A DNA stretch of 64,000 nucleotides, from positions 672,001 through 736,000 of the forward strand of contig JAXGYC010000007.1 in assembly GCA_040772485.1 (NCBI GenBank). Direction: 5' to 3'. Origin of the DNA: Sedimentisphaerales bacterium. GTDB lineage: Bacteria > Planctomycetota > Phycisphaerae > Sedimentisphaerales > Anaerobacaceae. Under the pieces are notes generated by a model. The model was not told the DNA's origin. It saw nothing but the letters and a program-made list of their open reading frames with translations, and ran no database searches. The translations under genes were made by a program, and so were the position numbers. This document shows positions 29,499-39,899 of this stretch, in pieces. Each line of letters begins with the position of its first letter. The stretch's first letter is position 1.

Positions 29499-29527
29499 TT
29501 GACAGGCCGCGACGGCGGCTCTACGAT
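29499..29527 (+). promoter_or_regulatory. Sigma70-type promoter
   Basis: TTGACA-N17-TACGAT ahead of the gene at 29579. Confidence 0.6.
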
Positions 29528-29578
29528 GGCCCTGGCGTTGAGCGGTCCACCGAAACGGTCAGTAACAGGAGCACCACC

Positions 29579-29851
29579 ATGAGCGACGGCGCGTCCGAAG
29601 ACTTCATGACCCCGGCCTACCTCAAGCAGGCGATGAAAGCGTTCAAGAAGCGTCTGAAGCTGACACGGCTCGACGCGGAGTCCACGTTGGGCGGCGGACC
29701 TTTCAGCGGAGGGCGAAGTTCGGGCATCGTGGCCATCCAGCCTCCGAACCAGTATCCGCGTCAGGTATGGGACAAGCTCGTGGAGATGGGCAGACTCCGC
29801 CACGCCGGCGGCGGGCTCTACCAGATGTGCCAGGACCCCGAGGCCCATTGA
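29579..29851 (+). CDS. Small hypothetical protein
   Basis: SD AGGAG, own promoter, native codon usage. Confidence 0.7.
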   Translation: MSDGASEDFMTPAYLKQAMKAFKKRLKLTRLDAESTLGGGPFSGGRSSGIVAIQPPNQYPRQVWDKLVEMGRLRHAGGGLYQMCQDPEAH

Positions 29852-29884
29852 CGCGCGGGCTGTTGCCGAGCGGCATGGGCCCGG

Positions 29885-31822
29885 TCACTCGCTCGAACCG
29901 GAAACGGCCTTCCTGACCTGCTGATTGAACATGCGCAACTGAACGGCGATCGCCCCGAGCGCCCACTCGATGTAGTGCAGGCGGTGTGCGGGCTTGCGGT
30001 GGCGTTCGATCATCAACCCCTGCTGGGCCGCATTCACGAACCGGGCGATCACCTGCGAGCTGATCTGCGTGGGCTGGGCTGCCCATCTCTTCAGTTGTTC
30101 GTACTGTCGTTGCAGCGCCCGGTCGGACCGGAGCTGCTCGGCGCTGAGATAGTCACCCGGATTCAGGGCCAGTTGCAGACCCTTCAGACACAGGATCAGC
30201 GGCTCGTAGTTGGCCCTCCTCTCCAACCGAATGAACTTGTATTGCTGGATGTAGGTCGTAGCCTGGGCCGGCGGCTTGTCGCCGATCTCATCGCCCCCGA
30301 GGTACCAGTTGCGACGGCTCCGTCGGGCGAAGACCAACTCTTCGCCCACGCTGCGCTGGGTGATCTCGTCATGGCCCATGCGGGACACCCAGAGGCCACC
30401 GGGTCTTCGTTCGGGCCCGCCTCCCAGCGCCAGCAGGCACTTGACGAACCCCAGAGGCAGGATGGTCTGCTCCTTGACCCGGCTCTTGAGCAGTTGGAAG
30501 GACAGGTGGAGGCTGTGCGGCTGAACCTGGAAGAAGCTGACCAGCTCGTGGATCAACTGGTTCAGCAGCCAGGGGTCGGAGCTGGCCGGCCGGGAAAGCT
30601 CGCCGGCAATGCTCAGCCTTCCCGGCGCCAGTTCGAGAAACCCCGAGGTGCGTCTTCGCTGTCCGGAACCGGTGTGGTCGTCGATGTAGCCTCCCAGCTT
30701 CCAGCAGAGCACGTCGAGGCAGAAATCGTAGAAGTACCGGAATCCGTCGTACGCCGGATCCAACGCTTTGCAGATGCTGCGCCTGGATTCGATGGCATCC
30801 GGCCCCAGGTTGCTCAGCTCCAGCTCGAAGCCGAGCGGGATAAGTCCCGGCTGGAGGTTGGAGCGAATCCGATGCAGATGGGACTCCGCCACGCGCGAAT
30901 CGAAGACACTGCGCGAAGCGCGCACGGCGTACTTCACATAGTCAATCAGATCCACTTTCTCCGACGGCATCATGTTGAGGCCCCGTTCGATGATCAGGTC
31001 CACCACGCTGCGGTTGGCGTTGATCATCCGCAAGGCCGCCACCAGACTGACCGACCGGGCGAAATACCGCTCGCTGGTCCGCATGTGCTCCAGGTCGAAA
31101 CGGTATCGGCTCTGGATCTGCTCGTCGAACTCGTTGAGCAACACCTGTCGCAGCACCAGCGACAGGTAATTGCGCAGGTATGGCTGCGCCTCCGGATCGT
31201 TCAGCAGATGGCGGATGCTCGGGCGCGGCCGGTCCAGTTCACGTTCCAGCCAGTAATCGCTGATGGCATCGGTGTGGTAGTGGCTCATGACCAGATCACG
31301 CTCGGTCGTGGCCAGCAGCTCGCGTTCGGCCAGGCGCTCCAGTTCGGCGTCGACGGTCCGCTCGCCGGGACGCGTGTGTCTCTGGAGGAACCGGTTGATG
31401 CGTTTGCGAAGCCACAGCTCGTGGATGAGATTGACGTGAAACCGGTCGCCGAAGCGTGTGCGCATCGATTCGGGCGTCACGAGGTAGGCCTGGGCCTCGA
31501 CCTTCCCATGCGCGGTGTAGACGTGGACCGTCTCCCTCTGGTAGCGTTTTCCTTCATAGCGGTCGATCTCCGCGATCGCCGAGAGGGGCACGTCATGAAT
31601 CACGAATCCTTCAATCCTGGCGTCCGGCGTCTTGACGGCGTAGTAATACACGTTGTCCGGGCTGACCCGTCGATGGCCCGGCAGAAAGGCCGGCTCGGCA
31701 AACAGCGTCTTGACGTCAATCTTCGAGGGCTTGCGCGTGAAGGCGAAGCCGCTGACCGACTTGAAGATGCGACTGTCGCGAAGCGATCCATAGATGAAGA
31801 GGTTGACTTTTCGCTTGTGCAT
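29885..31822 (-). CDS. Gamma-glutamylcyclotransferase domain fused to a large domain with amidoligase-like motifs
   Basis: N-terminal LFIYGSL...IDRYEG..YQR...AQAY; C-terminal GFELEL, FLELAPG, HSLHLSF. Confidence 0.7.
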   Translation of the reverse strand: MHKRKVNLFIYGSLRDSRIFKSVSGFAFTRKPSKIDVKTLFAEPAFLPGHRRVSPDNVYYYAVKTPDARIEGFVIHDVPLSAIAEIDRYEGKRYQRETVHVYTAHGKVEAQAYLVTPESMRTRFGDRFHVNLIHELWLRKRINRFLQRHTRPGERTVDAELERLAERELLATTERDLVMSHYHTDAISDYWLERELDRPRPSIRHLLNDPEAQPYLRNYLSLVLRQVLLNEFDEQIQSRYRFDLEHMRTSERYFARSVSLVAALRMINANRSVVDLIIERGLNMMPSEKVDLIDYVKYAVRASRSVFDSRVAESHLHRIRSNLQPGLIPLGFELELSNLGPDAIESRRSICKALDPAYDGFRYFYDFCLDVLCWKLGGYIDDHTGSGQRRRTSGFLELAPGRLSIAGELSRPASSDPWLLNQLIHELVSFFQVQPHSLHLSFQLLKSRVKEQTILPLGFVKCLLALGGGPERRPGGLWVSRMGHDEITQRSVGEELVFARRSRRNWYLGGDEIGDKPPAQATTYIQQYKFIRLERRANYEPLILCLKGLQLALNPGDYLSAEQLRSDRALQRQYEQLKRWAAQPTQISSQVIARFVNAAQQGLMIERHRKPAHRLHYIEWALGAIAVQLRMFNQQVRKAVSGSSE

Positions 31823-31863
31823 AGACAGCTTGATCTGCCCCGTCGGCCGACCGCGGCGTCCGG

Positions 31864-32607
31864 TCACGGTTCCCGTACGATGCGCCGCCGCAGTTGCCAG
31901 AGTTCCCGGAAGGCCCTCAGGATCACACGGAGGCTGGCTCCGGTCTGCCGCCCGGCGGTGCGCGGATAGTGGTGCACCCCCCGCTGCGTGATCGTGTACC
32001 CTTTCCGGGCGGCCCGCGCGAGAATCTCCGTGTCGATCAGCGCCCCGGTGCTTTCCATCTTGATCCGGTCGAAGATGCGGCGGCGATACAGCTTGAAGGC
32101 GCAATCCACGTCGCGGACCTTCAGCGAGAATACCAGACCGGTGACCTTTGTCCAGAGCCACCCGTTGATCTTGCGGACGACGTTATCCCGGCGGTTCATT
32201 CGGTAGCAACTGACGATGTCGTAGTCGTTCATCAGCGGCAGCAGCGCCGGCATCTCGCCGATGTCGAACTGGCCGTCGCCGTCGGTGTAAAAGACCAGTT
32301 CTTTGCGCGCCGCGAGGAAACCGGACTGGAGGGCGGCGCCGTAGCCGAGGTTGCGTCCGTGGTGAACGACGCGAACCCGGTCGTTGCCGGCGGCGATATC
32401 GTCGGCGATGTGCCCCGTCTCGTCGGCGCTGCCGTCGTCCACGATGATGATTTCGTAATCGGCGCCCAGTCCTTCGAGCACACGGACCGCCTGCTCGGCC
32501 ACGCGCGCGACGTTAGCCTGCTCGTTGTAGCAGGGAAAGAAGACCGAAATGGATACGGCCGACGGCGACTGCCCACCCGGCGATGTCGGCCTGTCCGCCT
32601 GGACCAT
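31864..32607 (-). CDS. Glycosyltransferase family 2 (polyprenol-phosphate glycosyltransferase-like)
   Basis: PCYNE, VDDGSAD, NLGYGAAL, TDGDGQ, DVDCAFKL. Confidence 0.9.
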   Translation of the reverse strand: MVQADRPTSPGGQSPSAVSISVFFPCYNEQANVARVAEQAVRVLEGLGADYEIIIVDDGSADETGHIADDIAAGNDRVRVVHHGRNLGYGAALQSGFLAARKELVFYTDGDGQFDIGEMPALLPLMNDYDIVSCYRMNRRDNVVRKINGWLWTKVTGLVFSLKVRDVDCAFKLYRRRIFDRIKMESTGALIDTEILARAARKGYTITQRGVHHYPRTAGRQTGASLRVILRAFRELWQLRRRIVREP

Positions 32608-32610
32608 GGC

Positions 32611-35600
32611 TCACCACCTCTTCCTGTCGGAGATGCGGTCCCTCTCGATCAGATAGCGTTTCATCTGGTTCTCGCAGGTCTGGGCGACCTCGCGGTTGCC
32701 CTGGGCCTCGGTCACCTGCTTGAGACGCACCATCGCCAGACGCGCCGCTTCGAGCCGCAGGTTGTAGCCATCGTGGTTGGCGTAGCTGGACTTGTTCTTC
32801 TCGAACTGCGTGGTGTACTCGACGCAGATCTCGCTGACCCGCTGCTGAAGCTCCGGGGACCGAGCGGCAATCACCAGCAGATCGAGCATCGGTCCGGGCG
32901 ACGGATCGAGATGGAACGCCTTGATGACCATGTCCAGGCCCTGCTGCCTCTGGCTGGCCTCGGTGGACAGCAGAAGGTTGTGTCCGACCGAGAAATTGGC
33001 GGTGAATTCGTCGGGATACGTGGTCCGGCCGGTGAACATGCCTCCGAACAACTGCTTGCCCTGCTCGGTCGTCACGTTGACGAACAGCTTCTGCTTGTTG
33101 TTGAGGAAGACCAGACGCCAGTTGGGGTCGTATTCGAGGGCGCGGACGAAATCCTTGTCGAACTGGTTGGCCGGCATCAGGACCACCCAGACGTCAAACT
33201 TGTTGAGTTGCTCGGTCACCCACTGCCCGATCTCTCTGAGTTCGGCGGCGGTCGGGTCCCGTCCCTCGTATGCGGCCCTTCGGGCGGCCGGCCCGCCCGC
33301 CAGGATCTCCGTCCAGAGGTCGAACGTCCTCGTGTCGTAGGCCGCCTGGGCCCGGCCGTCCATAAACAGTTGCAGAGGCGTCCGTCCCGTGTTGGGATCG
33401 GGGTCCTGGCCCCAGGCGATGAACCCGCCCTCTGTCCAGTAGTTGAACATGTTGCCGGCCAGCTTGTTCTCGCGGATGAACTGGCAGGCGTAGAACGGCT
33501 TGGCGTCGGAGGCGGTCATCCGCATGAAGATCGACGTCAGCTTCGGGTCCGCCGGCCAGTAGTCCAGGTAGATTAGCTTGAACCTCAGCCCTACCCACAG
33601 GCCAAATCCTACGACAGCCGCCAAGACCAGTACCGACGCGACTTGCGACGCCGGCTTGAGGAGCATGCGGGCATCCGCCTGCCTGGCCCCTCCGCCATAT
33701 CTGTCGGTCCCGAGAAACATGGCCAACAGGGGAAACGACGAGAACGCCAGCAACGTTCCGACCGCCAGGAGCCAGAAACGCGGTTGAATCTGCGTGGGCA
33801 CACCCGGCACCGGGAAGAACAACCAAGGCCAGAACAGCAGACGCCACAATCCCAGGACGGCCAGCGCCCCCGCCAGCCCGATCAGAAGCAGGCGTTCTAC
33901 GGTCGCGTCGCGATCCACATCGGACATCCGGGCGGCGCCGCGCAGATCCGCAATGGCCAGGACCGAGGCCACGATTCGCTGCACCAGTAATGCGATCACC
34001 GGACAGGCGGCCACGGCCGCGATCGGGATGAACCGTCGCGACCGGATGGCCATGTAGACGGTCATCGCGGCCACAATGACAAAGACGACATCGATCTGAG
34101 GCCCGGCGGGCGCCTCGGCCTTCCCTCCACGCTTCTTTGGAGACCGTTCGGCCAGCGTCAGCCGCACCGACAGAAAGGCCCAGACCAGCAGAGCGAGCCA
34201 GGCAAGAAGATACATCGTCAGAAACGGGATGGCCGTGCCGACCGGGTTGGTCCAGTCCAGGGCCCGATGCCATTCGTGGACGTCGCGCCAACGTTCGGCG
34301 TGCTCGCTGACCGAGATCACGAAAGTGTGCGTCAGGTTGGTCAGGTGGAACGGATTGAAAACAACCATCGCGACGAACGCGACCGCTCCGGCGCCGACCG
34401 TGTGCAAGAGGGTCCGGCGATCCAGCACGCGAAGGGCCTTGTCTCTGAGCGACAGAACCGCCGCCCCGAATGCCATGGACAGAACGAACATGCCGACGCA
34501 CGTCCAGCGTCCCCCGGCCGCGTGATCGGCAAAGATTCTCAGGATACGATCGTTCATCGTGTTGGGCGGCGCGGGGAAGTACCGCGCCAGCAGCAGAAGG
34601 AACACGATGCACGTTGCGACGACGTGCAGGGCCGTCAGGGCACTATCGCTGATCTGCCGGTGCAGAACGGCCGCGATGCTGCCCCCGACGGCCAGCACCA
34701 GAACCACAACCATCCAGTCGCCGATGCCGGAAGCGCCGGCGTTGGTCTGCGAGAAATACTCGGCCATCAACTCGGCCCGGCGACCGAGGAACTGATGGGT
34801 CAGGCCGGAGAGGACCAGCCAGGTCAAAACGCTATAAACCGCCACCAACCAGCGTTTCGGAAGGTGCATGATCAGATGCCAGCCTACGAACGGGACCAGC
34901 ACGATGAAAGCGTAAACATAGCCCCCGTGCACGTTGGACCAGAAGACCACCACCGGCACGATCAGCCAGATGTAGAGCGCGTTCCTGTAGCTGGTCAGGG
35001 CCAGAATCAGGACAAAGACCGCCACCAGCAGGTTCGAGAAGCCGGCCGGACGGATGTCGAAGAAGGACCGCCCGATGAACAAGGCGAAACCCGAGGCGGT
35101 AGCGGCCAGGGCGGGGTTCACACCCAACAGCCGGGCGGTGAAGTAGATCGCAGCAACCGCCAGGAAGTACACAGCAAATTTCCAGAACACCAGCGCATCG
35201 AAGTACGGCTCCTGCTCCGAACCGAACATGGTGGTCAGGCGGTAGAAGATGACGTGTGTCAGCCAGTTCTGGTTGATCCAGCCGGTCGGGTGCCACTTGC
35301 GAACCGTTTCGAGGCCTACCTTCTCGGTGATCCAGCGAGCCCAGCCCGGCCAGGTCTCGATCTCGGCCTCCGTCGGGCCGGCGCGGTGGCTGTTGGCGCT
35401 GAAAGGCTCGACGGTGTCCACGCCGTGGTTGACAAAGTGCCGTCCGCACGCCATCGCCACCCAGGTGTCGCCGGCGGCCACCATGTGCGTGCAGGCGTGA
35501 AAGGCGAAGATCAACATCGCCAGCCAGCCGGCGGCCACCACACAAACGGACCATGCCGACCGTCCTTCGGTTGTTAACAGTGCGTCTGCCTCGCCGGTCT

Positions 35601-35613
35601 CATTTGCCGCCAT
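32611..35613 (-). CDS. Large polytopic membrane protein, possible GT-C-fold glycosyltransferase
   Basis: Many TM helices; GDTW, NQNWL, WSNVHGG, NPF, EW, RRF, FMDGR; helical C-terminal domain. Confidence 0.6.
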   Translation of the reverse strand: MAANETGEADALLTTEGRSAWSVCVVAAGWLAMLIFAFHACTHMVAAGDTWVAMACGRHFVNHGVDTVEPFSANSHRAGPTEAEIETWPGWARWITEKVGLETVRKWHPTGWINQNWLTHVIFYRLTTMFGSEQEPYFDALVFWKFAVYFLAVAAIYFTARLLGVNPALAATASGFALFIGRSFFDIRPAGFSNLLVAVFVLILALTSYRNALYIWLIVPVVVFWSNVHGGYVYAFIVLVPFVGWHLIMHLPKRWLVAVYSVLTWLVLSGLTHQFLGRRAELMAEYFSQTNAGASGIGDWMVVVLVLAVGGSIAAVLHRQISDSALTALHVVATCIVFLLLLARYFPAPPNTMNDRILRIFADHAAGGRWTCVGMFVLSMAFGAAVLSLRDKALRVLDRRTLLHTVGAGAVAFVAMVVFNPFHLTNLTHTFVISVSEHAERWRDVHEWHRALDWTNPVGTAIPFLTMYLLAWLALLVWAFLSVRLTLAERSPKKRGGKAEAPAGPQIDVVFVIVAAMTVYMAIRSRRFIPIAAVAACPVIALLVQRIVASVLAIADLRGAARMSDVDRDATVERLLLIGLAGALAVLGLWRLLFWPWLFFPVPGVPTQIQPRFWLLAVGTLLAFSSFPLLAMFLGTDRYGGGARQADARMLLKPASQVASVLVLAAVVGFGLWVGLRFKLIYLDYWPADPKLTSIFMRMTASDAKPFYACQFIRENKLAGNMFNYWTEGGFIAWGQDPDPNTGRTPLQLFMDGRAQAAYDTRTFDLWTEILAGGPAARRAAYEGRDPTAAELREIGQWVTEQLNKFDVWVVLMPANQFDKDFVRALEYDPNWRLVFLNNKQKLFVNVTTEQGKQLFGGMFTGRTTYPDEFTANFSVGHNLLLSTEASQRQQGLDMVIKAFHLDPSPGPMLDLLVIAARSPELQQRVSEICVEYTTQFEKNKSSYANHDGYNLRLEAARLAMVRLKQVTEAQGNREVAQTCENQMKRYLIERDRISDRKRW

Positions 35614-35828
35614 TCGCGCGCTTTCCAACAGGTTTCGGCTGATAGTATCGTAGAAGGATACTGCTTCTTCCGTATATCGTCAAGAACGCCCCCCGCCCTG
35701 TTGCGGTTTGTGGAAAACGGTGTACGGAACGAAAGCAGAATGTGGTCCCAAGCGCGCACAGTCTCACTCTGGCCGGCCAATGCACCGCCCAAGCCTTCGG
35801 CCCCTGGTACATTCGCCGACGAGCCAAT

Positions 35829-37019
35829 TCACTGGCTGAGCCACTGCTCCAGGCGGTCGAGGCCCTTCTTGATGTGCTCCATCGAGCAGGCGAAGCTCAG
35901 GCGCACGTTGTCGCCGCAGCCGAACGGCAGACCCGGGACCAGGGCCACGTTGGCCTGCTCCAGCAGGGCCGAGGCGAATTGCATACTGTCGCCGATCCCG
36001 GCCCCGCCAATGGTCCGGCCGAAGTGCGCGGAAACGTCCGGGAAACAGTAGAACGCTCCGGCCGGCTCGGCGCATCGCACGCCCTTGATGGCGTTGAGCC
36101 GGTCGGCCATGTACTTGCCGCGTTTGGCGAACTCGACCCGCATCTGTTCGATCGTCGCATCGGCCTGCGGGCCGAAGGCGGCAATCGCTGCGTACTGGGC
36201 AAACGTCACAGGGTTCGAGGTCATGTGGTCCTGGAGGCGGGACATCGCCTTGATGACGTCCAGCGGTCCGGCGGTGTAGCCTAGTCGCCAGCCGGTCATG
36301 GAGAACGCCTTGCTCAGGCCGTTGAGGGTCAGCGTCCTCTGGAACGCGTCGTCGCTCAGGGCCGCGAAGCTGATGAACTTCGAGTCACCATAGACGAGCT
36401 TCTCGTAGATTTCATCGGACATCACGCAGACGTTGGTGCCTTCGAGCACCTTGGCCAAGGCCCGCAGTTCGTCCGGCGTGTACATGAACCCGCCGGGGTT
36501 GCTGGGCGAGTTGAGAATGAGCATCGCGGTCTTGGGCGTAATAGCTTTTTTGAGCTGCTTCGGCGTGATCTTGTAGCTGTTGGCCTTGTCCGTCTCGACG
36601 ATCTTCGTCACCGCGCCGGCCAGCTTGATCGCCTCGGGATACGTCACCCAGTAGGGTCGGGGCAGCAGCACCTCGTCGCCCGGATCGAGCACCGCCTGCA
36701 TCGCCTCGTAGACCGAGTGCTTGCCGCCGATGTTGACGACGATCTGCTCGGGCGTGTACTTGAGCCCGTTCTCCCGTTCGAGCTTCCTGGCGATCGCGGT
36801 CCGCAGCTCGATGATGCCCGCGGCGGGCGTGTACTTGGTCTTGCCCTCTTTCAGGGCCCTGATTGCCGCTTCCTTGATATACTCCGGCGTATCGAAATCC
36901 GGCTCGCCCGCTCCGAAACCGACCACGTCGATCCCCTGGGCCTTCAGCTCCTTGGCTCGGGCCGTCACGGCGATTGTTGCCGAAGGTGGAACGCTCTTGG
37001 CTCTCTGGCTGATCTTCAT
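35829..37019 (-). CDS. PLP-dependent class I/II aminotransferase (aspartate aminotransferase type)
   Basis: GEPDF, NSPSNP, SDEIY, SKAFSMTGWRLG. Confidence 0.93.
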   Translation of the reverse strand: MKISQRAKSVPPSATIAVTARAKELKAQGIDVVGFGAGEPDFDTPEYIKEAAIRALKEGKTKYTPAAGIIELRTAIARKLERENGLKYTPEQIVVNIGGKHSVYEAMQAVLDPGDEVLLPRPYWVTYPEAIKLAGAVTKIVETDKANSYKITPKQLKKAITPKTAMLILNSPSNPGGFMYTPDELRALAKVLEGTNVCVMSDEIYEKLVYGDSKFISFAALSDDAFQRTLTLNGLSKAFSMTGWRLGYTAGPLDVIKAMSRLQDHMTSNPVTFAQYAAIAAFGPQADATIEQMRVEFAKRGKYMADRLNAIKGVRCAEPAGAFYCFPDVSAHFGRTIGGAGIGDSMQFASALLEQANVALVPGLPFGCGDNVRLSFACSMEHIKKGLDRLEQWLSQ

Positions 37020-37282
37020 CGTCAAAATACCCTTTCTCGTGGAATCCCATTCTGACAACCGGCGGCTCATTAAACCCAAAACCGCCCGCCAGTCAAGCGA
37101 ATTCGCATTCTCGTGATCTGCGTGTCTGTGCGGATGTCAGGGCAAGGCCCATTACAGGCACAGAGAGCTGTGTGTGGCAGCGGCAAACGGAGCAAGGCGG
37201 AGTTTGCCGATGGTTTCGATCTGCCCGATGGAAGGCATGGCCCCTCTCTGCTGGGGTAGAGAGGGGCCACGGGATTCTGCCG

Positions 37283-39742
37283 TCAGTCGGCCGGTGTCGG
37301 CTCGACCTTCATCACACCGAGATAGGTGAAGTGATTGGTGTTGACGTTGTTGGCGGTCGGGGCCAGATCGATCCGGATCTCGCCGGCGTCGTCGGGCGCG
37401 ATCGCGGTGACGCTTGCGAACTCGCTCTCGTTGTCCGAGGCATTCAAGGCCGCGAAGCCTGAGTCGGCTCCGGCGACCGTGTAACCTGTCTCGCGGTTGT
37501 CACGGACGCCCATTCGCGAGGCGTAGAAGGTGAAATCGTACGTCAGCAGCGGGTCCAGTCCCGTCAGTTTGAAGCTCGGGAAGACATCGGCCAGCCCGCT
37601 GAGTGTCTCGGTGTTGCCGAACAGGGAGTCGCGCGTGGCATTCGCGGGGAAGACCGGCGAGGCGAGCGTCCCGTTGGTGTTGGCGCCGTTGAACCGCCGG
37701 ATCGTGATCAGACTGACCTTCGTCGCAATCCCCTCCACGGTCACCAGAGCGGCCAGGCGACCGCCATCGACGCACCCGACGCTCTGTGTCACGTTGTTCC
37801 ATGCATTGGCCGGATCGTCGTTCGTGGGAGTCTCCGAAGCGCCGAAATCGATGAGAAGAACCTCCAGACGCACCTGCCCCGCCACGGCCGAGCCGGCGGC
37901 GATCTGATTGCCCGCCAGATCCTGCAACGCGCTGACGCTCACCGTGAAGCTGCCCAGAACGCGCTGGCCCAGCGTGAGAACAACAGTGCGACCGTCGGCG
38001 CCCGGCTCGGCGGCGACGACCTCGACAGTCCCCTCGTTGACGCCGTAGTTGGCCGCCACGGCAGCCGTCTCCTGAGCCAGACGCTCGTCGAAGGACAGCG
38101 TGATCGTATAGCCGTTGGTGCTCTCGGCCGACAGCAGGACCGGCGCGTTGACGTCGGGGACCACGTGGAGGACCGCCCCTTCGCTCAGGGCGCTGTAGAC
38201 CATGTTGCTGACGCCCACCGCAAAGACGGCGCCGTCCATGTCCGGCGTCACGATGTCGATCGTATACGCGAAGTCGTTGGCGTCGGCGATCGCGCCGCCG
38301 TTCTTGTACCACTGCACAACATACGGAGGCGTACTCTGAACCTGGGCCTGGAACGTGACGGACTGGTAGGCGACCACCGTCTGGCTGGCCGGCTGCCGCA
38401 CAAAGACGATCGGCTGCTGCTCGGGGATCTCTTCAACCTTCATCGCGCCGAGATAGATGAAGTGATATCCGTTATTGTTGTTCGCCGTCGGGGCCAGATG
38501 GATCGTGATCTCCTTCATCGCGTCGGGCACGATGCCCAGCGCCGTTGCCACCTCGTCCACGTTGTTGGCGGGATCGAGCGTCACATACGTGGTTCCTTCG
38601 CCCACGACCGTGTAGCTCGTCTCGCGGACGTCGGTGGCGCCCAGCCGCGATCCGTAGAAGGTGAAGTTGTACACTCGTTCCGGATTGAGGCCGGTCAACT
38701 TGAAGCTGGGCGTCACATTGGCCAGTCCGCCCCAGATTTCGGTGTTGCCGTAGAGGGAATCCCGCGTGGCGTTCCCGGGGAACACCGTCGATTCGAGAGT
38801 CCCGTTGGTGTTTGGACCGCTGCCGTTGAACGGACTGAGAATCTCCAGACCGATCGAAGTCGGCACGTTCAAGGTGTTGAGCAGACCGGAAAGCTGCCCA
38901 CCGGCTACACCACCGACGGCCTCGGTCACGTTGTTCCAGAAATTCACCGGGTCGTCCGGCGCCGGGCCGTTCTGCGTGGGCGTGCCCGACGTGCCGAAGT
39001 CCAGCAGTAGAGTCTGCACCTTGGGCATGGCCCATGCCGCCAGCACCGGCTCGACGATCGAGCGCCACAGTTCGTAGCCGGCGGCGTTCATGTGGAGCAT
39101 GTCGCTGCCGAACAGCTCGGGACGAGGCTGGCCGCTCTCGTTGAGCATCGGGGTGAACACGTCGATGAACCACAGGTGCGCATCGGTCGCGGCCAGGGCC
39201 TCCAGACGCTCGTTCAACTGCCGCGTGACCTCCACATACTGGGCCCGGCTCGGGCTGGGCTTGGTGGCAATGAAGGCGATGTCCGCCTCGGGCAACTGCT
39301 CCTCGACCAGCGCGACGAATTGCAGATACTCGGCGTAAACCTGGTCCACGGACTTTCCGCCGGACAGGTCGTTGTCGCCCTCGTAGACCAGGATCAGGGC
39401 CGGATCGTACACAGCTACGACGCGATCAAAATAGTACAGCAGATCGCTCATGTACGAACCGCCGAAGCCGCGATTCATCACGGGATAGTCCGGGAAGTCC
39501 GTCGCCAGCGTGGTCCACATCCGAATGCTCGAGGAGCCGACGAACAACACAGGGTTCTCGGGAGGAGGCGTGGTCAGGTCCGCGCGCTCGAACGCCTGGA
39601 TGTCGGCCTCGAAGCGGGTCGGGTCCTGCGCCCGGGCCGGAGCGAGCGGCAGCACCAGGAGCGATGCGGCGAGCCATACCGCCAATCGCGATGTGACGCC
39701 GAGCCTGCTATGGATCTTCACACAATGTGCCTGTCTGGACAT
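37283..39742 (-). CDS. Secreted SGNH/GDSL hydrolase with a duplicated accessory domain and Ig-like domains
   Basis: FVGSSS, NRGFGG, YEGDND, DMLH; two similar domains (LLxDFG...WNNVT...YLGxMKVE). Confidence 0.85.
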   Translation of the reverse strand: MSRQAHCVKIHSRLGVTSRLAVWLAASLLVLPLAPARAQDPTRFEADIQAFERADLTTPPPENPVLFVGSSSIRMWTTLATDFPDYPVMNRGFGGSYMSDLLYYFDRVVAVYDPALILVYEGDNDLSGGKSVDQVYAEYLQFVALVEEQLPEADIAFIATKPSPSRAQYVEVTRQLNERLEALAATDAHLWFIDVFTPMLNESGQPRPELFGSDMLHMNAAGYELWRSIVEPVLAAWAMPKVQTLLLDFGTSGTPTQNGPAPDDPVNFWNNVTEAVGGVAGGQLSGLLNTLNVPTSIGLEILSPFNGSGPNTNGTLESTVFPGNATRDSLYGNTEIWGGLANVTPSFKLTGLNPERVYNFTFYGSRLGATDVRETSYTVVGEGTTYVTLDPANNVDEVATALGIVPDAMKEITIHLAPTANNNNGYHFIYLGAMKVEEIPEQQPIVFVRQPASQTVVAYQSVTFQAQVQSTPPYVVQWYKNGGAIADANDFAYTIDIVTPDMDGAVFAVGVSNMVYSALSEGAVLHVVPDVNAPVLLSAESTNGYTITLSFDERLAQETAAVAANYGVNEGTVEVVAAEPGADGRTVVLTLGQRVLGSFTVSVSALQDLAGNQIAAGSAVAGQVRLEVLLIDFGASETPTNDDPANAWNNVTQSVGCVDGGRLAALVTVEGIATKVSLITIRRFNGANTNGTLASPVFPANATRDSLFGNTETLSGLADVFPSFKLTGLDPLLTYDFTFYASRMGVRDNRETGYTVAGADSGFAALNASDNESEFASVTAIAPDDAGEIRIDLAPTANNVNTNHFTYLGVMKVEPTPAD

Positions 39743-39899
39743 GACCGAACCTCCTCATGGTGCGCTGGAATCTGCTGCCTGCATCCGGCGGTGACGTCTG
39801 CCACATGTTCCTATAGCATCATACAGTCGCCGGCGTCGAGGGTCAATCGAAATCGTGGCGACATTGACAAGGAGGACGCGCACAGGTAGGCTGGCATGG

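Noticed and set aside
11486..33576. Long antisense ORFs (11486-13231, 13913-15856, 25083-27230, 29975-31969, 31894-33576)
   Set aside because: Each mirrors well-supported genes on the other strand and has no recognisable motif.
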